The position numbers were made by a program, and so were the translations under genes. From positions 70,866,001-70,930,000 of the forward strand of contig NC_134471.1 of NCBI RefSeq assembly GCF_964194025.1: a DNA stretch of 64,000 nucleotides, written 5' to 3'. The notes beneath the pieces were generated by a model. That model saw nothing but the letters and a program-made list of their open reading frames with translations, searched no databases and was not told the origin of the DNA. Of the stretch, positions 14,901-23,563 are shown piece by piece (position 1 is the first letter of the stretch; each line of letters starts with the position of its first letter). This DNA comes from Convolutriloba macropyga. Lineage: Eukaryota.

Positions 14901-16961
14901 GAGGGGGTCAATCTCTGAGAACCGCCCTTCGCACCATAAGTATAAGTCTCCAAAATAGATTCTGTGAATCGCATACTTGAAGACTATTGAGCTAAAAGTC
15001 TCCAAGAGCACTTAATGCACGCTGGGCGCTACCTGTTCATACCGTTTGTGAGGACGAAAAGTCAAATGGGTCAAGAAAAATCGGTCAAGCGAAAAATCGC
15101 ATAAAAAGACCGACAAGCCTAATATAATTGCTGCAAACTTAGTTTGAGAGCAATTAATTACTTATAGTATAGTGTCAATTGAATAAAACTTTTTCCAACT
15201 GGCGAGCAGGACGAACTAAAGTTATATTGAGAATCCAGTGGAATAAAAAATATCCATTTTTATCTTTTTAGAGCTTCCTCTGATTATATATTTAGTTATA
15301 TTCCAAGTACTTCATATTCCAACAATTTATATCGGTGTCCACTAACGCAAACCAACGTGTACTATAAAAACGATTAGATAAGTTTAGGAAATCACTGCTG
15401 AAAATTCTACTGCTCGAGTTTTAACCAACCAAAATCTTTGGAGAACACAACAAAGGAAGGAGTAAGAGATAAAACTAATTTTTCCAGAGGAGAGAAAAAC
15501 TAAAAATTTTGAGGTTTTGCATTTCACAAGTTCTGTATTCGTTATCAGTCCGATAAAAACAACAAAAATAATAAAATTGCACAATTCGTAGTTTTTTTAG
15601 GAATTTTAAAAATAAGAACGAAGAAAATGACTAGTTGTTCTACTCTTTTTTCGCTCTTTTGAAATATGCTACAACCTAATTATATAAAGTATGCTACAAC
15701 AAGCATTGTTTCAGCTGTTAAACATGTAAAAGTCTAAAACAATTAAGAGATAATTATCAATGTTATTCTAAGGTTTTCATAAAATAAAAAATCACTACTT
15801 CAGTAGCAATTATTTTTTGTCTAGTTCTATTTTATTCCAATTTAAAAAAGTTTTCAGACACATTAAGTTACTTTCTCAGCTACGGAAAATTAGTAAAAAC
15901 GGAAATCAATTCTTTTGATATTCAAAATAAACCCCTAAAAGTCCCCTCAACGCATCCATCAACTCGGAGGGATCATTTCCCGCTTGGTATTAAAAGGTGA
16001 TTTTTCTCTACAATACGTATACATAAAAAGTAAACATTTGACTGAAGAGAAAAGCAAGCAGCGCATTTATAAATTTCACTGGATATCACCAAATATCAAA
16101 TCTTCTAACCAAAACACGCCAGGGCGCTGAAGACAAGAAACTTGAAGAAATTGATTCTCCTGTTGTGTGTTCGCAGTAGACTCTCATTCCAAACGGGAAA
16201 ATATGAAAACGCCAGCATCATAAATGAAGTCTCCAGTGAATTACTGAGAGTTCTGGTTAAACAATGATTGGCGAAGATACCTGAAACCAATTCTAATAGT
16301 TTACTAGTAAAATTAGGGTCAGTTAGTTTCTGCTTCTCTTTTATTCATCAGAGACAATTAAAAATGACCTCCTATGCCATGAACTTAATGATATCTGTCC
16401 TATAATCCGAAACTTAGATTCTTGTGGTCTAAGTATTGCCCACATTGGTCAATACCAAGTAGTGCTTAAGAACAAAATTGAGCTTCACTAGCAAAAAGTC
16501 ACTCGACCTGCATTACTTATTATCAAAAGCTTTTAATTGATACTTTAGTTTCTTTTTGTAAACTCACATGTAGACAAACAAAAAGCAGTCCATGAAGCAA
16601 CAGCCATTCCAAAAACTTCATTGATTTTGACACAAAACATTGTCTCAGCAATAATTGATAAAACTGCGTGTTGAAGCCTCGGTAATATGACTAACAGGAT
16701 TGAGAAATCAAGTTCGTAACTTTTCAACAACTTGTAACCGAAAGCATAGAAAAGCGGATGCATGAAGCTTCTAAGTTGATATTGCCATTCCCATGTAAAT
16801 TCATTGTGTCCAAAAACAAGATTATAGGCAACTTCCGGTCCCTGGTAAAACTCGTCAGGTACATCTGAACTCATTTGAAGAAATGCTAGGGATAGTCGTG
16901 AGCAGCAAATAAAACGAAACCAGGTCAGGCGTTGGTAACTGACCTTTGTCATTCTGTCCAT
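8404..16961 (-). CDS. PIGB: GPI mannosyltransferase 3 (PIG-B/Gpi10-like, Alg9/GT22 family); 5 coding exons, 1551 nt, 516 aa
   Basis: Exons 16961-16568, 16280-16110, 13243-13032, 9572-9325 and 8929-8404 join through canonical GT-AG sites (phases 1,1,0,2) into one open frame. Motifs: VPDEFYQGPEVAY, TWEW..LRS..HP, TRTLSNSLET, RPTS, NFVKFN, FGTNHPLWY, HKEMRFILPVLP, HQSG, LTPCYTLP, LDCRPNL. Confidence 0.93.
9325..9572 (-). CDS. PIGB: PIG-B coding exon 4 (missed by the ORF track)
   Basis: TTTTAG| IFGTNHPLWYLYAGVPGVLG...PPHKEMRFILPVLPL...FAN TG|GTAAGC. Confidence 0.92.
9602..9803 (-). mobile_element. Helentron-associated (HINE/DINE-1-like) non-autonomous element, internally deleted copy
   Basis: Same ends as 14723-15157: AACATAACCGACTAACGTCGGGCGAATTGCTC at left and GGACAATTAA at right; shared internal block GAGGACGAAAAGT...CGAAAAATCGCATAAAAAGACCGAC. 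Confidence 0.6.
10020..12080 (-). mobile_element. Decayed 5'-truncated non-LTR retrotransposon (CR1/L2-group RT) in PIG-B intron 3
   Basis: Frameshifted RT fragments: FNNNFANIG, QFGFRS, GVPQGLILGPL, YINDMP, FADDT, C-terminal YGVLIYG...LQKK. Boundaries approximate. Confidence 0.85.
13032..13243 (-). CDS. PIGB: PIG-B coding exon 3
   Basis: TTTCAG| ARPTSAV...IDSLLYG...NFVKFNFLSDKNK |GTAGGT. Confidence 0.92.
14723..15157 (-). mobile_element. Helentron-associated (HINE/DINE-1-like) non-autonomous element in PIG-B intron 2
   Basis: Minus strand reads TT-AATTGCTC ... GAGCAATT-cgc-CCGAC GTTA GTCGG (hairpin)-ttatg-TTT, i.e. subterminal inverted repeats, a 3' hairpin and T-rich ends with no TSD. Contains a poly-G run at ~14851-14865. 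Confidence 0.65.
16110..16280 (-). CDS. PIGB: PIG-B coding exon 2
   Basis: TTTCAG| ... IFANHCLTRTLSNSLETSF...ALACF ... G|GTTAGA. Confidence 0.92.
16568..16961 (-). CDS. PIGB: PIG-B coding exon 1
   Basis: MDRMTK...PDEFYQGPEVAY...TWEW...CLST; donor T|GTGAGT; TTTTCAG acceptor ends 5 nt upstream of the ATG (exon starts 16966). Confidence 0.9.
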
Positions 16962-17082
16962 GAAACCTGAAAATAATAAGGAACATAGTTTATTCATCCA
17001 AACTATTGCAGTTTCCAACACGAAAAACGTATTCAACGATCTTCTTATTAATACACAATATATAATTGGGCGAATGCAAAGT

Positions 17083-17459
17083 AAGCCGATAGGCAAGCAA
17101 GCCGACAGAAAAGCAAGCTGAAAGTTATGTAATAGTTATGTAATCTATCAGAAATAATACATTGTCAGCCGTTACAATCAATACTGGCGCGTAGTATTAT
17201 AGTGCATAATGTATTCCAATGCACCAAAGAAACAAAACTGCGTCAATTTTTAGACACCTAGTGGGTACGGGCCTCAGCAGACCGCTGTCCATGGCCATGC
17301 CTCTCATCCGCTGTGGGATGTAATCTGGAAATAGCGGGCCGGTTATGCGCGAAGCGCGCCCACCGGCCCGCCAGGAGCAACTTAAAATACGGGGTATCCG
17401 AAAATTTTTTGGCTTACTTGACCTCATTTTCAAAATTCGGCTTGCTTGCCTATCGGCTT
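17083..17459. mobile_element. MITE-like element with 23-bp perfect inverted repeats and an internal GC-rich hairpin
   Basis: AAGCCGATAGGCAAGCAAGCCGA (17083-17105) is the exact reverse complement of 17437-17459. Confidence 0.6.
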
Positions 17460-17605
17460 GCTTGACCGCCACCATATAATTGCACTGAAACAAAACCAAC
17501 TTATTAAGCAGACAAAATATGCGAAAAAATGAACATGAACAAAATTGGAACCATTTCATTTTACCATATATTAACAGTAGTTGAGTAATTAGAGAACAGA
17601 AGTTT

Positions 17606-20460
17606 TAGTAGTATTAGTAGTTTAGGCTTCAGCATCGTGGCACTAGGGTTGCCATCCCTTTATTGGATGGCTAATTTGACCTTCTGTATTGGATTGCAGT
17701 TGCACAAAAAGGTCCAAGTACAAGAATTGGCTTTAGAGTAATGTCTAGAGAAATAATTCGGTTAATCGTTTTTTGTTTAAGCTTTCAATAGCTAAATTTG
17801 TGATCTTACAGATAATATTTAAAAGTTGACTAGAACGCCTCCAGAAATTTTCATCTGCCTTTTTCGTTCTTGTTTGATTTATGTTTATTATCTCAAATTG
17901 TCTGGCATTTGGTTGATCACCACAGTTTTGGTTTCTAGTGATCGGAATATTGATATTGTAATTTCCAGAGAGAAAAGCAATTAAGAGAAGTAGATCGTGT
18001 AGTTCTATATATAAGGAGAGAGGAAGTAAATTGAGTTTTCCAAGCCTTTTCTTGTAATTCAGTTCCCAGTTGTTTAGGCTCCAACTGGTAGCTTTCTTTT
18101 GAACGCGCTCAATCAATTTCGTCTCCGTTTTGTTAGCAAACCAGGCTTGAGTTGCAATGTAACAATTGGTACGACATATACTGCGTACGCATTGAGTTTT
18201 GCGCTGAGTTTCGTGGACGGTGAAGTGTTTCTTTTTAAGAAGTAGAAGGCTTTCAGTACCTTTGAGCACCTGTTTTCGACATTAGGTTTCCAGTTCAGCT
18301 TTGGCGCCATTGTAATGCCTAGATCTTTTTGCTAACTCTGGTAAATTAAAGTTTTGTTGTTTAAACTTAACTTGGGTTTGTCCTGACTTTTGATTGGCAG
18401 GATATACCAGTTATTTTCATTTAATGTCATTTTATTGTTTACACACCATTATTCTATTTGTTTTATATCGTATTGCATGTTTTCACTATTCGTTGCAACA
18501 AGCTTGAAATCGTCTGCATAACCAAAGTCTTCACACTTAGTTACTTTAAGCTTTACATATTGTTTTCTTTTACTTAAGTAGCTGGCAATAATTTTCATGA
18601 AAATACCGCAAAAGCCTAGCATTTCAATTTTCTGTAGCAACATGTCATGAGGAACGCTATCGAAGGCTTTTTAAGTCCAGATACAGAACCAAAAGTTCTT
18701 CTTTACCATCAAATTTGTTGTAAAGATGATTCAGGAACAACAACATATGCGTTACCACCGACCTGTGTCTTTGAAAACCATGTTGTGCATTGTGTAGTGT
18801 CGTTTTCACAATGTCATATAGCACGTTAAATATAACTTTTTCGAAAACTTTTGATGTATTGCAGATGTAAGGCAATACATCAAAAGATTTTGATAAATTG
18901 CAGATGTAAGGCTTATAGGTCTGTATTGCTTCACGTCTGCTCTGTCTTCGTCTTTAAAGACAGGAATAACTTCACTTAATTTCCAAAATGATGGAAAACA
19001 ACCTTTTGATATCGCAGCCTTAAACAATATCAGTAAGAATTTCGAGAGGGCAGGCAGGTTTTTGAGCACAAGATTACCTATGTTGTCCGGGCCCCATGCT
19101 TTACTAGTTTCAAGTTTTGATAGAATTTCTAAAATTGTTGTTTCACTTATGTTCACATGCTTACAAGTCTTTTTCGCGAAGGTTCGATTTTGATCAACTT
19201 GATTACTTTTTAGGAAAACACTCGCAAAAAAGTCGCTGAAAAACATACTTTTCTGTGCATCGTCATTCGACTTTTCATCTTCGTATTTCATTGTCTCGGG
19301 AAACCTACTACTTTTAAGGATGGATCGCAAATATTTTTGTAGATCTGAAAATTTTCTCCCTCGAAAAATTTTTTCTTCAAACTAAGCTTGGTCTTCAACT
19401 AAGTTTTTTCGAAGTTGATTTTCTGTTCACTTCAGTTTTAGACGTTTCGCCAGACTTGACACTTTCGAAATTTTTCTCTTTAATGTAGCGATAGATTTCA
19501 TGTGTGATGTTTCTTTTTCAACCCAGGGCGGCAGACTAGCCCTGTTTAGTTGTTCTTGGAAAGTTTTTCGCCAAAACTCAGCTATGATTGCGTTTAGCTT
19601 GTTCCAGCCAAGTTTATTGAAAGCACATTTTTGTCCTTTACATCTAAGAATGTTTTCATGTGTTAGTTGTAGAAATATTTTACATGCTTTATGATCTGAG
19701 CTGAATGATCTGTTAAATTCATTTACTTCTTACGTACGGCAATGAGGACTCCACCGTGTTTAGTTTTGCGCGAGTCATTTTTTCTGTCTCTCCTATGAAT
19801 CGTATAGTCTTCAAGGAAAAGGGCTTCGTCCGTGATATTACTAGTGATCCAGTTTTCTGTTAAGCAAGTAATGTCTAGATCGTTTTCAATTGACACACAG
19901 TTTGCAAAGTTACTTCGCCCTTTTAGATCAATAAGGCTTCGTACATTATAGGTTAAGATTTTCAATTCTGAGTGTAATAGTCATTCGTTTAAATTTGTGA
20001 CATTTTCATTTATTTGGACATTTGCCAATTTTCTGTTGTCTTCTATCTGGAGTACGAGATTTCGAATTCTAAGTTTTTTAGGATTTGTTCCTGTTTTGAT
20101 CATTTCTTTCCTTGTTTGGAGAATCTCGTTTTCGATAGCTTGTTCACTTGGGTTGAGTTCTTTTCTTATAAAAACTGGTTTGCCTTAATCTTTCATTTTT
20201 GCGACCGAGAGTAGAATATGCCTTTTTGCATAGTCACTGTCTATTTTAGCGACCAAGGTTCGACTTTTTACTTCCTAATATTTGCCTAATCTCTTTAGAT
20301 CTGTGACATTGCATGTGACTCTGAGATGTTTTGCGATAGCTTTTACCTCTTTGAAATCGTGTTCGTATCTGTCTCTACTATTAGTGGAGACTAGTTCAGG
20401 AATGCCTCTCAATCGGATACCATCATTTTGTCTTCTCGACAAACGTTTTGTCTTCTCGAC
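17606..20460 (-). mobile_element. Decayed LINE (CR1/L2 group): ORF1 remnant, APE endonuclease, RT, (ACT)n-like tail
   Basis: ORF1-like IRLRGIPE...RLGKY; APE MKILTYNVRSL..DITCLTENW..RRDR..GGVLIAV; RT KAWGPDNI, YRPISL, QHGFQ..RS, YLDL, YADD; internal deletions; 3' tail of (TAG)n-like units on the plus strand at 17606-17623. Confidence 0.9.
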
Positions 20461-20703
20461 AAACATAACCGAATACTGTCGGTCAAATTGCTCTCAACGG
20501 CCAGGCGGAGTATCAATCAGGGCATTGTATAAATGGGGCTTCAAACAATATTTTACAGCTAATTTTACATAGAGCGCATTTTTCCAAGAGAATTTAAATT
20601 GAAAAATGAAATCAATTCTGTCCCACTTTCAAATTTGACCATTGGTAAAAAAAATGTAGTTAATTAATTGAAGCTTCCTTAAATACTGAATGCGCGCAAT
20701 TTC
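20461..20703 (-). mobile_element. Related HINE-like element abutting the LINE 5' end
   Basis: AAACATAACCGA ATACTG TCGG TCAAATTGCTC end resembles the 14723 family; possible partner repeat GCGCAATTT near 20694-20702. Confidence 0.4.
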
Positions 20704-21666
20704 AAATTCGGTCTGATTACAATATTCAATTTCAATAGAACAATATTACCCAACAGGACAGAAAAACTCGATCTTCCTTCGAGAGCGTTTGATGATTTAC
20801 TAGATAAAAAAGGTCAATTAAAAGCAAAATCCTCCCCCTTAACAGAAAATGCTGTCAGCCAACTAAATATATCTATAAATGCTGACAGTAGTCGAATATA
20901 TGGAGCATCAAAAGCAAAGGGCGGAGAGAGACATCCAGCAGAAGAATGAACAATAAATTTGAATAATTGCTATCATTATGTTGAATATGATTTTGAATCA
21001 ATATTTGGAATAAATTTATAGATAGCCGCCTTTCCTCTACAATAGTTCCAATCAACTTAAGGTCTCGGGGGGGGGGGGGTTGTCCTTCTATGCCACTCAT
21101 CACGTTTTTCCAGTTTTCCCATTAATTAGGTTGAACTGTTTTCCAATTGTTGCAATAGGTGTACTTGCAAAGTATTCTCCGTGTACATCTTTTGTAACTC
21201 AGATTGTTGGCAAAGCAACACCAGCACCAGTATACCCTATTGATTGTGTCTTAACTGGATTTGTCTCCGTATTTAGTATAAGAGCTGATGAGTAGAGAAG
21301 TTTTGTCCACTTGAAAAAGTTTTCGCGCTCTGGAAAACTCTGAAGACTCCTCTATTTACCTCTTGTTAAGGAGTTATTAAGAAAGCATTGCTGATATGTT
21401 CCAAGAAAAAAGGGAGTACATCTCATCATAGGACAACCCCTGGCTTTCTTTGCTTCAGCCTAGTTTTCACTTTTAGTTTACCCACAGGAGAGAAAATAAA
21501 CGTCATTTTCTACCGCTCAATGTCTCCTGTTACCAGAAGGTCTACATATTTCATTTCAGGTTGAACATGGGAGCTATTAAAAATTTAAGGGCAAACAGGT
21601 AAAGGAAATACTAAATTTATTGGCGCAGAGAAGGAATTGTCATTTAAAAATTAAATTCATTTAAAA

Positions 21667-21705
21667 AAACAAACGTTTTCGAACATTGCTTACATCCTCA
21701 GGTTT
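21667..21705 (-). ncRNA. Degenerate minimal type I hammerhead ribozyme motif, Penelope-associated
   Basis: Minus strand AAAC-CTGAGGA-tgtaagcaatgttc-GAAA-ACGTT-T-GTTT: core boxes, palindromic stem III and 4-bp stem I present; stem II poorly paired. Lies ~400 nt 3' of the Penelope-like ORF end. Confidence 0.4.
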
Positions 21706-22064
21706 AACAATCAAATAAAATTATTCACAAAGTAAATGAACTTGTCTTTGAGTCTACTTCTAAGAAATGAGTTAAAATAACGAAACTTTGAAATTATATA
21801 CAGTTAAATTCACATTTACAACCTTTCACGTACACTTATTACACAAAGAATAATTTAATCTTTATTCCGACTTTATTACGAAGTTTACTTTATTTACTTT
21901 ATTCCGAAGTTTTTGAAAAAGTATTGTTTTCTTTTCCTGAAAGGAGTTTTTACTTTCATTTCTACCTGTTGTTATTTTTTACTTGTTGGGTTTGACAAAA
22001 TTTCGATTTATTATGTAAAAGTACATTCTGAATTTCAAAAGTCAAATTTTTGTATTTGAGCTAA

Positions 22065-22401
22065 AACTTCAATGTCGATTCCCGCCTCCGGTACTCGTCA
22101 AGCGTATTTAATTGCGGTTTCAGCTTCTATTGTCTATAGTTTTTCAACCCCGCGACATGCACCCAGAATCTCCTATTCAAAATTATGCTCTGTACCACAT
22201 TCAACGAGGTGTCCCTCAGGGGAAACCTTCTTTTGATCCTCCAAAATTTTAGTGGTTGGTAACATGTCGGCTGCTTTGGCCATCACAGATGGAACCGCAT
22301 CCATTACATATAATTTTATATACCACATGAGTTTTCAGATTCTTATCAAAAGATAATTTTAGGGCGTGCAAGCAAATTCTTAGTTTTCTCGTGGTGAAAA
22401 T
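22065..22401 (-). pseudogene. Penelope-like element GIY-YIG endonuclease remnant (3' part; continues at 40031-40100)
   Basis: IFTTRKLR..LK.SFDK.LKTHVVYKIICNGCGSICDGQSSRH (GIY-YIG N-terminal motif) and C-terminal TIEA...KPQLNTLDEYRRRE.TLK. Confidence 0.75.
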
Positions 22402-22831
22402 TGTGAGGGTCACACGTATGTAAAAAAAGGGTGTACTGAAAACCTTGGGTTTCAAGGTCAAAGATTTAGTTTAAATTTTAATTTATTACTTGATTAATGA
22501 CTGACACAATCTTGATAGGTGTCGACAGATTGAAATAGACAAAGCTCGGGCTTCGAGCAATACTAACAATTGTGACATATCAGTATTTACTTGGTTAATT
22601 TACCACAGTGATAGAACCGATATTGGGTACGAACAAAACTGAGGATAAAACTCATTCATTGAATAATAAACCTACCTTCACAGTCAATCACTCAATTAGA
22701 TCTTCATTTATTTGAAACCATTCTCTTCTGTTTTTATCTACTTATTAATTAAACTTCAATCCTTGTATTTTAAACAGGTACCACGCTCAATTACAAAAGA
22801 TTATACATATTGCGCACGGGCGGCTGCTATA
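22402..22831 (+). repeat. Gypsy 5' LTR
   Basis: TGTGAGGGTC...GGCTGCTATA, direct repeat of 39601-40030. Confidence 0.95.
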
Positions 22832-22832
22832 G

Positions 22833-22843
22833 TGGCGACAGAG
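22833..22843 (+). promoter_or_regulatory. Gypsy primer-binding site
   Basis: TGGCGACAGAG 1 nt after the 5' LTR; TGG complements tRNA CCA; resembles Ser(GCU)-type PBS TGGCGACGAG, but the tRNA is not confirmed. Confidence 0.7.
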
Positions 22844-23132
22844 ATTAAAAGTGGATCTTTTCCATTTGTGCCCCCCCAGTACGTTATGCGCCCCCCAGTC
22901 ACAGAGCACGAGCCATTACATAGTAAATTACTATGTAAAAATATTGCACGTGCGTCTGAGGGGTGCAAATAATATGCGCCCACTAAGCTGGGGGGGCACA
23001 AACGGAAAAGATCCTTAAAGGTAAATAGAAAACCACCACCCAATAATTTGAGCGTTGAACTAATTTCCAAGAGAAATCTATTTTTTTTGTTCGGAAACCA
23101 ATTTTTAAAATCGAGTTCGACGTCTTAACTTT

Positions 23133-23352
23133 TGTTGCGGTGCAACATTAATTGAATCACTTGCTTAGAAATGCTTTATTACAACGCTTTATGCTTAAAA
23201 ATCTCAAGCTCGAAAAGACCAAGTGAATGTGATAATATCGTTTGAAATTATGAATATTTGGTTTCAGCACGTGGTTAATTATCATTGTTTTCCTCATCTT
23301 GCTCGGATTGCATTGAAGGTCATTGTATCAAAGGCTATTGTAAATCGTAACA
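23133..23352 (-). repeat. BEL-1 3' LTR
   Basis: TGTTGCGGTG...ATCGTAACA; repeat of 30394-30613. Confidence 0.95.
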
Positions 23353-23563
23353 TACCGGCCTCCTTGAACTGGTTCAACTTTATTAATATATCATTGAAAC
23401 TGGCTTTCTGGCTAAGTGGTCAATTGCTGTAAATAGTTTTTCTCGGCAACCCATTACAAGTTTGTTGATACTTTCTTTAATTCAATCAGTTCTTGTTTGT
23501 CAGTTTTGTACAGTTGTAATTTACATTTCCTTGATGTCATTCCTCGTCTGCATCCTCTGTTGT

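Noticed and set aside
20873-21295. Possible coding fragments (GYTGAGV; Cys-rich frame)
   Set aside because: Stops in all frames, no clear splice sites and no family recognised; the YTGAG resemblance to sirtuins is too short and out of gene order.
21285-21318. CTGATGA...GAAA on the plus strand as a second hammerhead
   Set aside because: Stem II is mismatched, stems I and III are unconvincing, and it is on the wrong strand for the Penelope-like remnant.
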